A stretch of DNA of 63,502 nucleotides, filler included, from Folioceros fuciformis (Eukaryota): NCBI GenBank assembly GCA_049999805.1. It is 11 parts of 11 records of this genome, joined end to end, with 100 filler letters (N's around TTAATTAATTAA, not from the genome) between each part and the next. Parts side by side here need not be neighbours in the genome. Positions count along the whole stretch, not along the records: positions 1 to 7,763 come from JBNGIO010000911.1; positions 7,864 to 15,946 come from JBNGIO010000912.1; 9 more parts are not named here. One strand, written 5' to 3'. Each line of letters opens with the position of its first letter. Position 1 is the first letter of the stretch. Under the pieces are notes generated by a model, which saw only the letters and a program-made list of their open reading frames with translations, searched no databases and was not told the origin of the DNA. Made by a program: the position numbers and the translations under genes. Below are positions 1-11,969 of this stretch, in pieces.

Positions 1-128
1 TACATATATAGCCTTGAAGTCCATGCGTACATATATAGCCTTGAAGTCCATGCGTACATATATAGCCTTGAAGTCCATGCGTACATATATAGCCTTGAAG
101 TCCATGCGTACATATATAGCCTTGAAGT
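1..128. repeat. 27-bp tandem minisatellite (TACATATATAGCCTTGAAGTCCATGCG) x~4.7, runs off the window start
   Basis: Perfect copies begin at 1, 28, 55 and 82, with a partial copy at 109. Confidence 0.95.
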
Positions 129-2393
129 GACTACGTAAACATTACCTCGATCGTGGTTTTTTTCTATATACCTTGGCTATAATCTCTAGACCCTAGTGTA
201 GATATGTTGCACAAAACCCCATAGGTTTCTAACAAACGCCACCCTTGTCAGTGTAGAGATGGAAGACGACAGGGGAAGACGGACAGGGGATCCAAATCAG
301 ACAGGTGTGTGAGATACCCGAGTTTACCAAGAGTGGAAGTCACCATCAACCCACACATCTGGAGTAGCGATAGCTTCATACAACCTCCTGGCATAAATTC
401 GTCCTGAACTAGTCCCCGAATGAAGTTTACACATTCTGGAGGGCGAAGACATGCTTCCAGCACGAGTTCGATGGTCGCCATACAATCAGACTGCCGCCAA
501 GGCCTTGGTGCCGGCATTCCTTACATGAAGAGAACGATGGTGGCAAGCTTACCCTGATGCCACGCATTAGGACAGCGCTGTAGATGCTGTCAAGTAGGAA
601 AGGAAAAAAGGCCTGGAAGCAGCCAGACCAAGGCTAGAGGGTAGACATGGACAGGCCACACCGATGGATGGCTGGGTAATACATACTGCTGCCACCCACT
701 ACAGGACAGTGCAGATGCAGTCAAGCAGTGAAGTACAGGAATGAAAGCAGGCAGGCAGGCCACGGATATGGTACACATGGATACGGTACACATGGACACA
801 CTGGTGCCTGCCGGCGCATACATACAGTATCGGGTTGGGGGTACAAGACATGATTCCCAATACTAACTCTCACCAGAAAGCTCGATCCAGCACGACCACT
901 CTCAGTGCAACACTTGCCACAAAATTCGCAGCATTCTCCTTACTCCTGGCCGCAGTTATGTACCATCTGGAATGTGGCTCGCATGATCCTCAAATCATCA
1001 AAACGAGATGCGCTGGGTTTTAAGGCCTTCACCCACCTCAGTACTCCGAGGCGAGAAAATCCTACCACAAGCATCGTGTGTGCCGTGTAGCATATATGAT
1101 CTGAGGTATATGCAAAAAGCTCTGCGCATCCTTGTCCTCATGCGTTCTTCATATGTGAGACGGGCAAACCTAGACGCATGCTGAAGAAGTTATCTCGACT
1201 TCGTACATCCCCCTTGAGCCTGTGTCTCGTTTCCACTGTCCATCACCTTACAATCAAAGCTTCACGACTCCACGTACTGATTAACACAAAAACCCATCTG
1301 CACGGCCGACCGAAAGTCTCTTCGTAGGAAGGCCACAACGCTTTAGCGTAAGACCCCTTGGCACCAAAGCGCCCGTGTCCAGCCGCCAACCCCTCCGGAC
1401 TCGGATGACTTGACTAATCCCTAGCTAGACGAAGCCGTTGGGATGGTAAATCACAGTTCCAGGCCTTCAGACTAAAATCGCTAGGCATCTCTGAAGCGGG
1501 TTGTGTCGTGCTGAAGGGCTAGAGTCAGCAGCAGGACGATGACTGGCTTGTCTGCTATGCAATGGATATGCACGGCATGGGGGTCTCACGAGCAACCCCC
1601 CTGTTTCTCATTGTCCCGCGTCCTGATCGAATGCTGCCCAGATTTTCTACCGACGTTCACCTAAAAGACGAGATGCGTGCGAAGAATGGAGCTTGATTAA
1701 TCCTGTCCGGCGCAGATAGACGGCACTAGTCCAGTAGCCGCCGTCGGCACATTCGGTAGAGCATTCGACCAGCCCCGAGGAGATGCACCTGTTGCCGTGT
1801 GCAAACGCTACTCAATCCACTCCACAAGAAAATGCTCGTCTCCAAGACTCGTTTTTGACGAACCATCTCGACCGCGCCTCTACATTCCAAGCTACCACGT
1901 GATTATTGATAATTTAAGATTTAGAATATCGGGCAAACTGCTCATGGTGATGAATAATGCGATGAAGTCTAGACGGCCAATCACATGGCTTCCATTATCC
2001 GACTGTTTCTTGAGATTCCCCTGTTCCTTTTTGTTAATTGGGGAACAAAAGCAGTCAGGTGCTTTTACGAAGGTAGCTTACTCACTGAAAAACAGAGCTC
2101 GACATGGACTGTAGCTCATAAATTCGTCCGGAGCATTCGATGCGTCGTTGACGATGATCCACAGGTTGCTGCAGCTCAATGGTTGCTGATCTCGGGAAGC
2201 TCATTGCCAGCGCACGCGTTGGTTGGCGCTCGGCTTCATTACTAATTTGGCGTGCTCGAAAGGGCAGCGTCCTTGAGCTTGTGATCCAAATTCTAGTGTG
2301 CTTGTTCCAAGGAGATCTTGAAGCCGAATTGGACTGTCTCCGCATGAGGAAGGAGCTACACAATCCGTCGTTCATTCCCGGAACTGCTCAACG

Positions 2394-4399
2394 ATGGCAG
2401 CTGACGGCCACGCTCCCGCAGCTCAGGCCAGTGGCAAGCAGGATAGTCCCCGCAGTGTGGATAGCTGGCAGAAGGTGTCCTTCTCAGTGAAGGCAGCGGA
2501 CGAGAAGGGTGCTCGTTTAAATGCAGGAACGCTCGTTGTCTTGGAGTCCAAAGGTGTGCAAAGCTCTTCTCGTAGGGCTAAGTTGCCGGACACTGAAATC
2601 GCAATGAACCTCGCTCATGAACCTTTTCTTCGGGGGATCTGATTTAATGTCGGCTACCCTGGCCTGCTGCTGCTGGTCGCTCGTCTGGCAGGAGATTGGT
2701 GGCATGCGGGCTATCACTTGTGTTCGGCAATTGTAGGGGCAGCTTTGCTGAGCATACCACTGGCGATTTCCTTGCTAGGATGGTACGCAGGTGTTTTTGC
2801 TCTCATATTCTGTGGAGCGGTGTCCATGTACGCGTACAGTGTCCTTTCCACGTTGCTGGATCGGGCAGAAGAGGAGGGGCATCGGCAGGTTCGGTACCGA
2901 GATCTTGCTCGCTACATTCTAGGTGATGATCGGTTATTGCTCGCTTGAATTCGGGAGTTGTTTCTGTTGCCTTTTTTCGACCTCACAGTCAGTGGCATGA
3001 TACCTTGCAGCACGAACTTGGGCCTACTACATAGTGGCATTTGTACAGCTGGTGGTGTGCTATGGCAGCGTCGCTTCATTGATTCTCTTTGGCGGAACCT
3101 TTACAAAGGTTGGACATGTATTTAAGAACACAAGCTGTAGCGACAAAACAGGTCTTTCAAAGGATCATTGTCTCCGGGAGTAACGCCTGTCTGTCTGCGG
3201 CTTGCAGAATATCTATCTGCTCTACCGTCCTAATGGAAGCATGAAGCTGTACCAGTTCATTACCATGTTTAGTGGCCTCGCACTGTTCTTCGCTCAAATC
3301 CCCTCCTTTCATGCTCTAAGGCACATCAACCTCCTTGGCTCGGTCCTCACCTTGATCTACAGCGGAATTGTCACTGGTGGTTGCATCTACGCAGGTGGTC
3401 ACTTTTCCGTGCTAAACAACTGCTATTGGAAGGCACGTGGGATACATAGCTGCTGATCAAGTTAGATCTGACAGCCCCTCCTCGTGCCCTCAGGACACTC
3501 TTCGAAAGCACCAGAAAGGAACTACAGCATCACCGCAGCGGGTATCGACAAGACATTCAACGTTCTTAATGCCTTTGCCATTATCACCACTCTATATGGC
3601 AATGCAATGGTCCCAGAGATTCAGGTACAAGACACACCTGAAAGCAAAGCGTCGATGAGTCATTCAGTTTTCCATGGTCATTTCCATTCCGCTCTCCGCA
3701 GGCTACGATTGCTCCACCGGCAGCAGGAAAGATTTTGAAGGGCCTCTTCCTTTGCTATGCTGTTGTTTGGAGTACCTTCTTGTCAGTAGGGATAGCTGGA
3801 TATTGGGCTTTCGGCAACCAAGTCTCTGCGAACGTTCTGAAGGATCTGTCCCCTTTCCTCCCGAGATGGCTCTCAGTACTGGCCAATGTCCTTGCTGTTG
3901 CTCAGCTGGTAGCCATCACAATGGTAGGGTATTGAATGAATATCAAGAAGGTCATAAGTTTCTCTGTCCAATGCAGACGCCAGTATTAACTGCTAATTGA
4001 TAATTGTGGCTCTTGCAGGTGTACATGCAGCCATGCTTTGACCTGCTTGAAGGGAAGTCTGCAGATCCTACCAAGTCCAGGTTCTCGAAGAGAAACCTGC
4101 TTCCCCGGTTGGTAGTCCGATCAATTGCGGTTGCGATTGCAACTCTGTTGGCCGCCATGTTTCCTTTCATAGGGGATGCCCTTGCAATTATCGGAGCCTT
4201 TGGCTACGTTCCCTTAGACTTCGTCTTCCCGTTCATCTTCCACCTTGTAGCCTTAAGGCCATCGCCAAGAACCTACCAGTTCTGGCTGAGCCATATTATT
4301 GCGGCGATATTTATAGTTGTTGGTTTGTTGGGAGGCGTCAGTTCCATCCGACAGCTGATCATAGATGCCAAACACTACAAATTGTTTGCAAATGTGTAA
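2394..4399 (+). CDS. GAT1: GABA transporter 1-like amino-acid permease (AAAP family), 7 exons
   Basis: Spliced translation gives [84 protein letters not shown] and C-terminal [11 protein letters not shown], all matching plant GAT1. There are six GT-AG introns; the first is 2554-2691. Confidence 0.92.
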
Positions 4400-4938
4400 G
4401 AAGCGGCACATCCAGCAAGTGCGTGTGTGCTAGGAGGTTGTCTGCCAATGATTCACAGATGAGAACAATAGATGACCTCTTGACCAAGAGCAGCAAAGGC
4501 CACCTCACGGGGATTCATCTTCTCAAAGAAGCTACCATTACATCAAAGAATCTAACCTGCTCATCAGCAGGCCATTGTACAATGCGTGGTTCCAAGTCAA
4601 AAACACAGAACCTGCACCGCAGACAGACCACTAGACTGACGTTAGCTCACTTAATGCAGTGATAAGTTCATCACAATGCCCCAGCTGTCATGCGGCATGA
4701 TTCTGCACCTCTTAGACGGCCAAACCATCTGGTTGAGACCTTCACAGGGGGGGAGACAGCTTCCTCGGGTAATCCCTCCTGCCGGTGTCGGCGAACGCAT
4801 ACTTGAGGAACACCACACAAGCTCCCCTACGCTGAACGACTGGGAAGCTACCCAAAGTTCCAAGGAATCAACACCTAGCTCGCAATCCATCTGTTCACCA
4901 CTTTATACAGAACGGTAGACTCATGCCCATGCTATATC

Positions 4939-5573
4939 CTAATGCCTTTTTGAGTCCTTCATGTGCTGGTCCAGTGCATGTTGAGAAGTGAACCTGACAA
5001 GCAAAAAAACCCCTAGCGGTCAGAAGCAGCAGAAACGAATGGCACCATGAGCCTACGTCAAACCCTACTCACTCACTTCTGAGCACATGTTGGACAGGAC
5101 AAGTCGGTGTCCTCCCTCGCACAGGCATGAATGAACTCAATAAAATCAGCCTCCTCCTGGCTTTGCTCCGCCTTAGTCTTCCTCATTTCTGCCCTAAATT
5201 GATGAGCCACGTTCTGTTCGAGCACATCCGCATGGCTATCAGAGACGCAGCACACGCTCCAGTTCCAGAAGAGGGATGAGTTAGCTCAACATACCAGCGC
5301 AAACGACATGTCCTCCGTCAGGCTCCGCACTCTTTCCTCCAAGTCCCTGAGTCTACCCTTCATGTTTTCGCAATCTTGCATGATCGGGCCACAAGTCCGC
5401 ACAGTCTCCTCCTGCGTGAACCTCTGCTTGATGAATTCCATCTTCTTGCTTGGAGACCTTACGAGAACGACTGCGTTATCCGGTATGTTCTCTTTGTTCT
5501 TCTTCTCATGGGCTGCCGACACAGAGCCACATTCCGACGTAAGAAACGAAGCAACCGAGCCATCCAAATCCAC
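4939..5573 (-). CDS. Small coiled-coil protein with a C-terminal C2H2-type zinc finger (start uncertain; first in-frame ATG at 5441)
   Basis: Exons 5441-5295, 5213-5077 and 4993-4939, joined by GT-AG introns of 81 and 83 nt, give ...MKGRLRDLEERVRSLTEDMSFAL/NVAHQFRAEMRK...SCPTCAQK/FTSQHALDQHMKDSKRH*. The finger appears only after splicing. Confidence 0.7.
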
Positions 5574-6489
5574 AGATATAGATTGGCATCCACATCCAGC
5601 TGCTCTGGAAACGATCGTGGCTTGAGATGAAGTGAAGAGAAAGGGGACTAGACGAGATCAGGCGAAAAACTATGGTACCGGCAGCACAGGTTCAGAGGAC
5701 TCGTGCCTGCAGCGTGAAAGGTGTCACCCGCGCCCACAGCGTCCCGCAACGCTGGAGAAGAAGCGGCCGATTTGCTGTAGCTCTGTGTCGCCATAATACG
5801 CTGTAGCCCCAATCCCGTTCCTTGCCAAGAAATGCAACAGTAGCCGGACCTGTGAACTGGTAACTGGCAAACAGAAGTCCCTCAACTTCTTTCCACGCTG
5901 CTACCTTTCCACAAACAGTTCTAGATGCCGTTGGGGGCAACAAAAGTCGTTGAATAAAACAGCTGACATATATCCAAATCAATTTTTCAACGGATCCTTT
6001 TCAATTAGTCAAATATCTTTTTTTTTTTACACACTCAACTTATTTCTTGTAGCTGCGGAGCCTTACTATCTTTACCATAAAAGGAATTTGTTAGCTCCAA
6101 ATTAGAGTGTATAGAAGGCGTTCTTTATAACATTGTCTCTATTTAGTTTTATAATTCTATCAAAATGACATGTCCACAAATGAGAGGTTAAAATTCTAGC
6201 ACAAAATACATTATTTTGGTAAGCTTCCCATACTTATTTTGGAGTTTTATCAAATGAACAAAACTCAATGGGAATATATGTAGTTAGTTAAATCCATCAA
6301 ATTTGAGTGGTAGAGGGGAATCCGATCAAAATGGATATTAGATTTAAACCTCCAAAAATAGAAGTTGTCATACAAGAACTTTGCCAGTTTGAGACGATAT
6401 TGTAGTATATATACAGCTTGGAGTCTATCCACAAAACATCTTGTATCATCTTCAAGCTACTTGTGATTAACATTCTAAGCTCTCAAAAC

Positions 6490-6690
6490 TTCTCTACGTT
6501 TGGATCTTTTGAGGTTGATTTGTCCTTCAACTCCTCTAGGTTTGGACCTCTCTTTGTCGATCTGTGATTAAACTCTTTAGGGTTTAGATCTTTCTAGGCT
6601 GAATTGTTCTTCAACTCTATTGGGTTTCGACCTCTCTTTGTCGAATTGTGACTAAACCCTTTTTGGTTTGGATCTTTCTAGGTCGATTTC
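6490..6690. repeat. Degenerate ~42-bp tandem repeat (two alternating unit types, ~84-bp period) just upstream of SWEET
   Basis: Recurring GGTTT(G/A)GATCTTTCTAGG and GGTTT(G/C)GACCTCTCTTTGTCGA blocks. Confidence 0.7.
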
Positions 6691-6740
6691 TGCTTGCAAC
6701 TTTCATTTCTTAGCCAATTGTTAGAAACTCGTCTACAAAC

Positions 6741-7763
6741 ATGTCGGGAGCTCACACATATGCTCATCTTGCTCGCCTCGTGTGTGGTATTATTGGTGAG
6801 TAAATTACATTATTTTGGTATTACCATTAACTTTTATTTTATTTTTTAAAAAAATATAATTTTATGCGTCAATCTCATTTTGTTTATTAAATTAATATTT
6901 TTTAAACAAACTTGTGATAGGTGACGTAACATCGCTATGCATCTTTTTATCACCAATGTGAGTCTTATGGCCTCCTTTGAAGATAAAAGCTTTCCAGAGA
7001 TCTGTTAGTTTCTTAGTCGTGATGACATGTTGTCTTAAGATTGATCTCAAATATGTTGTTAATGTGAATGCAGACAAGTGTTTTATGAAATATACAGGAG
7101 CGTCAGCACTTTGCAATATTCTCCTGTCACATTTTTATGCACCTTGTTGAACTGTGTGTTTTGGGTCTTCTATGGCTCAAACAAAGTTCAAACGGATGGG
7201 GTCTTGGTCTATAGCATTAATGGAATCGGAGTTGCTATGCAAATGATCTATATTGCGTTTTTTCTCTGCTTTTCTACTCCGAGAATGCAGGTTTGTATTT
7301 TTTCGTAGTCTCTATTTTCTTACGATATTGCTAATTAAATACGAGCACATGCTCACCTCGTAATATTTTGCATCGGTGCAGGCAAAAATTGCAGGGCTCT
7401 TTAGTATTGTCGTGGCCATTTCTCTATCGGTAATTTTACCAGTACTCTTTGTCGTACATGAGATGAGCGAAAGGAAGCTCATCATGGGTTTAATTTGTGT
7501 TATCTTTTGTACCGTGATGTACGCATCTCCTTTATGTGTACTGGTACGACAACTGCACAAAGCCGTCCATTTCAATAGTTCCTATCTTCTGTTAGAAGAG
7601 TATTTTGTATATTTACATGTGTTGATGAGATCAATAAATGTTGTATGATGTGGAAAACTTCCTGTAGAGAAAGGTCATTCAAACAAAGAGTGCAAAATCT
7701 TTACCTCTTTATTTTTCAATCACACTGATCGCAAATGGTTTGGTTTGGACCTTGTATTCAGTT
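6741..7763 (+). CDS. SWEET: SWEET/MtN3 sugar transporter, divergent, 3' end lost in assembly gap
   Basis: Canonical SWEET exon layout: MSGAHTYAHLARLVCGIIG/DVTSLCIFLSP/IQVFYEIY..TLLNCVFWVFYG..SINGIG/..TVMYASPL/RKVIQTKSAKSLPL..ANGLVWTLYS, with four GT-AG introns. Confidence 0.88.
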
Positions 7764-7863
7764 NNNNNNNNNNNNNNNNNNNNNNNNNNNNNNNNNNNNN
7801 NNNNNNNTTAATTAATTAANNNNNNNNNNNNNNNNNNNNNNNNNNNNNNNNNNNNNNNNNNNN
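7764..7863. other. Artificial contig linker N44-TTAATTAATTAA-N44 (same linker at 15947-16046, 17212-17311, 21128-21227, 24821-24920, 31034-31133, 46566-46665, 53079-53178, 59017-59116, 61071-61170)
   Basis: Ten identical 100-nt spacers with a six-frame stop cassette. Confidence 0.98.
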
Positions 7864-8365
7864 ATCCCATCATGTCTCTGCCATGCGGCCCGAAACGGGC
7901 CGACTGTTGCACGTCCCGCTGGGCCGGAATCACGTCTTTGAAAGCCCTACCATGGATGCAGCAATGAGCACTCATATTTGCTCAGTCCTGCACCCACCCG
8001 CTCTCATCTACCCTCTCCTCGCTCCACACGTGGCACAATCACGTACGGGTGGGGTGATACGAGCTCACATCTCCAGCAATTGCACAGTACACTGCAGTCC
8101 CTCGAGCATCCACTGCGCGTGTGCACAAGTGCACTGTGCGCCACAGCGCAGTAGCAGCCCCTCAGGTCTGTCATGCCGTCTGCCCTCGCCTCTGCTTTCT
8201 GCTCTGATCGATGCCGCTCTTCTGTGCTCTCTGCGCTGCCGCGCATTGGTTCATGTCAGACTTCCGCCAGCCTTGCACGTTGTGCTGATATGATTCCGCT
8301 GTGCAGATCCCGTGAGGCAGTCCGGCAGCGCTGCTGCAATTGCACGGACTCTCATCGGCGCGTCC

Positions 8366-9372
8366 ATGAGTGCCCGTGCTCGCCGAGCTCGGGGCGCCAA
8401 GCCGCTGCCGCTCTCGCCCGGCGCGCCTCTCAGCCCCGCCCCAGCGCCTGCAGGGAAGGTACTTGTTGGCAAGGTCATAGATGTTCACGTCGCCGAGGTC
8501 AGGACAAGCATCCTTGCCGGGATTGAAGATCTCAAAACTGAAGCCGACAACAGCTATTCTATTTTTGTAAAAGACTTGGCTGCCTCCACCTCGCGCCTGT
8601 CCAAGAGGATCAAGGTGCGCAACAACTTTTGTTACAACCATTTCTGTTGTCCGTGCGTGCTACCGCTATTCTATCTCCGTTAGCCTGCCTATTCTGATGC
8701 TGTGGCCTCACCTTCCTTCCATATCTTTATGCAGCTGGATTTGCAGTCTACCTCTAAACTTGCGGAGGATGTGGATCGTGAGCAGAAGGAATTCACGGCA
8801 GACGTTACAGAGGACCTGAATGAAATCGGGGTAAGTTCTCGTCCGCATGTGCTGTCTTGTCTTGGTTTGCAAGTTGCTACTAGCATGCTATGATAATCGT
8901 CACCTCAGGGATGAAACATTACTCCAGTACTTAAAACATGCACTCCTCGAGCAAACCTTCCGCATTATCTCTTAACATTGCTGCCCTTCACAGCATGATC
9001 CAGAAGAAAGTATTCTCAAAGTATTCTCATGCACTTGATCAGTCAGCTCAGAGTGAGCGTTTCTTGAGAGTGAACACGGCCTGACACTGAGCTACGGACC
9101 TACCCGCAGGTGACCTGTGAATCCATCCTGGCAGAGGCACAGTCGCACTGTAAGGGTCCTTCAAGCTTTCCTTTAGGACGCCTGCCTTACAATTATTGCT
9201 TTCTGCGAAAGGCCGTGCCTTTTTTATTTGAGCCGAATGGCCTGCCGACACTGTCAATCAGCTCACGAGTCCTTGTTTGCATAATTCAGTCAGCAAGACG
9301 GGCCTCCCAGAGTTGCTCAAGTCATTTGAAAAGAGTATTGAAGCCTTACGGTCCAAGTATGGAGTGACCTAG
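8366..9372 (+). CDS. 155-aa coiled-coil protein of unknown function, 4 exons
   Basis: Exons 8366-8614, 8735-8830, 9110-9149 and 9290-9372 join in frame via GT-AG introns: MSARARRARGAKP...KDLAASTSRLSKRIK/LDLQSTSKLAEDVDREQKEF../VTCESILAEAQSH/FSKTGLPELLKSFEKSIEALRSKYGVT*. Confidence 0.75.
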
Positions 9373-9714
9373 ACTACGATTCTCATGAAGTAGGTAGGAC
9401 TGGATCCAAGTTGCACACAGTCTTGCTTGGCAAGCTTTCAGCCATTTGATTTTGAAGACCAATGAAGTGACACCGAGGCAGACACTTGGAGCTCCTACTG
9501 TGCCGGACTGCAGGGCAAAGCTCTGTATGCTTCACGCGTCACCGACAGCGAGCTACAAAGCCCTTCCTCCTATGCTGGGCTACTACGTCTTAACAGGATA
9601 GAGGGAGAACCAAGGGAACGAAAAACTTAGACAGATATGACCAGACAGAGATAACGTTGCGACAATCATGCCAGAAGTATGTACAGGCTTGGAGGCACCG
9701 CCGCGACAGCCTGC

Positions 9715-10804
9715 CTAGAAATCCAGCCCTTGCTCACCCACCACCTCAACAACTGGCTCTTCCTGTTCCTGTGCAGGTACTACCAGCTTCTCATGCAGCC
9801 AGTGCCTGAGAGTGGTGACAGCATCGTCCAGATCAGCATCTTCGTCCACGGACTTGGGCCGATGGGCAAACGCATGGCCCCTGCCTGCGTAGACCTTCGC
9901 CACCGACCCGGGCACAGCTTGCTCCAGGTGGCGCACAACCTCCACAGGGCACAGGGGATCACCATCGCCAACGATCAGCAGTAGAGGGATCCGTATCCGA
10001 GCGGCCAAGGCCGAGTCGAACCTGGTCCCGTAAAAGAAGGCGGCAGCCCCGAATCTTCCCTGCTCGTCTCTGGCCAGGGTCTCGATCAGTCGGCCCCCGC
10101 CGAAGCAAAAGCCAACAAGAGCGAGCTTGTCCGGCTGGTCGCTTCCCCCAGCCAGCTCCTGATTCAACCAGTTGGTGGCGGCATCTATGTCCTCCTCCAC
10201 CTGCTCCCGCGCATGCAAGCTCCGCCAGTCCTCGTACTCGGACTTGTCCCGCTCTTCTGACCAGGGCACGCCGCGGAATAGGTCCGGCAGCAGAACGTTG
10301 TAGCCGAAACACGCCAGCTCGTTCACGAATGCCCGTGTGTCTGTGTTGTGGTAACCAAACACGTCGGAGAGTACCAACACCCCGAGCCCGTTGTTGTTCT
10401 TCAGGGCCTGCACGAAGAATGCCCCTATACGACCTATCTTCACCTCCAGCCCGCTCACCAGCTCACACTCTTCGTCCGCTTCCATATCCTGTTCTTTCTG
10501 CTCTACCTGCGCCCTGGGCCGCCTCCTTCTCCTCAGTTCTGCAGACCGCGCGTGCCTTCATGAGCAAAATGCCTACCCTGGGAGCGAATTAATGTACGGT
10601 GTGCCAAGAGGACATACCACGCTGAGAGGACTCAACTTGGTGAATGTTTATGCTTGGCACGCAGCGACGATGCAGTATCGCACTGGAGAGGGAAGAGCAG
10701 CGGCCATGGGCAGGAGGGCCGACCAGTATCCCACTTGCCGCCCAGCCTTTGGGCAGAGACGCTGGCACACAACAGTAGTTCGGAAGCTTAATCAAGGTAG
10801 CCAT
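9715..10804 (-). CDS. Dienelactone hydrolase / carboxymethylenebutenolidase family protein with probable organellar transit peptide
   Basis: Motifs LSDVFG, PDLFRG, nucleophile GFCFGG, FYG, GDGDPL and GHAF. One 79-nt GT-AG intron (10617-10539) links a Ser/Arg-rich N-terminal exon in frame. Confidence 0.9.
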
Positions 10805-11109
10805 GGCTGCTCCGTCTTGATCCCAGGACAGTACAGCCCAACCCTAGCCCCCTGCTGCAACCAAATCTAGCATCATTCTCACGGGCGGTGAACCGAACCT
10901 GGACGCCAGGCTCTTGCGCCCTCTGTTATCTTACAATGTTACTCCCGGATCGCCCAGACAGATAGGGTATCTCGTTGATGAATGGGATGACAGTACTAGA
11001 CGCTGGTGGATTTTCTACACTACCTTCAGCATGCGTGCACACAGTAGTGTTCACTGTGTGTACCTGAGGAAACGATTGGGCCGTATAACCTCTGGTAACC
11101 TCAGACTCC

Positions 11110-11355
11110 GTCCCCTGATTATTCTGAGCTAACAGCTAGTCCCCTGATTATTCTGAGCTAACAGTCCGTCGCATAATTATTTAGAGCTAACAGCCAGTCC
11201 CCTGTGATTATTCTAAGCTAACAAGTCGTCACCTAATTTTTTAGAGCTAACACCCTGTCCCCCAATTATTCAGAGCTAAGCCTTCGTCCCCTTATATTCT
11301 AAGCTAAGACCCCATCCCATAATTATTCTATGCTTAACCCCGTTCCCTCATTATT
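11110..11355. repeat. Degenerate ~29-30-bp tandem repeat (GTCCCCTGATTATTCTGAGCTAACA-like) x~8
   Basis: Recurring ATTATT(C/T)T(G/A)AGCTAA core. Confidence 0.8.
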
Positions 11356-11410
11356 GTAGTTACCCTGTTGCTGCGATTTGAGCGTTGAGCTGGACCCAGA
11401 GGGGCGAACG

Positions 11411-11487
11411 AAAAGGAAATGGAGGTAAAAAGGAAATGGAGGTAAAAAGGAAATGGAGGTAAAAAGGAAATGGAGGTAAAAAGGAAG
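11411..11487. repeat. 17-bp perfect tandem repeat (AAAAGGAAATGGAGGTA) x~4.5
   Basis: Directly visible. Confidence 0.92.
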
Positions 11488-11969
11488 GCAACACAGAAAG
11501 TACCTATGCGGAAGAGAAGAGCATACAGTCGTAACTAAATAACTTCAGCACCAACAATGCAAGAGTGCATCTTGCTTTTCCATATGTACAAATTGACTGC
11601 AGAAATGAATCGAGTACGTAGGTAGGTAGGTAGCAATTAAACAAAACTTCTGTTCAGCAAATGCATGATGCAAATTTCCCACCTAGAGCCACTCCCGGAC
11701 CAGGCACGAGCTCCACGATGTGTTCTCTTAAAAATCATTGATCACCTGGAGGAGGGATGAGAGAAAAGAAGGTGACGCCCCTCTTCCGAGCTGGGAGCTT
11801 CGGGAAACCCCCAACAGAACAAAATGCAGAGTACATGCTATTAATACAGCAGGAACATGCTCTGACTCAACACAGAGGCCATGGAGGAGAGCAAAGCATG
11901 GAGCCCTTTGCAGCCTACTTCTAGATTCCGGCAACTTCCACAGGCTTACCAAATTGGGGGAGTATCAAA

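Noticed and set aside
1..128. CRISPR-like appearance of 27-33-bp repeats (also 11110-11355 and 46312-46548)
   Set aside because: Head-to-tail repeats with no unique spacers, no cas genes and a eukaryotic context.
248..1400. Short ORFs possibly from a decayed retroelement gag
   Set aside because: Frames are interrupted and no motif was recognisable, so a call cannot be supported.
7808..7819. TTAATTAATTAA palindrome recurring ten times, and X-containing ORFs ending in LIN/N
   Set aside because: Artificial six-frame-stop scaffold linker between N runs. Gene adjacency across these linkers is not reliable.
9715..10485. GC-rich, nearly intronless dienelactone hydrolase as a bacterial HGT candidate
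   Set aside because: It matches the conserved plant subfamily (CELV.G.E, KNNNG.G..LSDVFG) and has a spliceosomal intron plus a transit-like exon.
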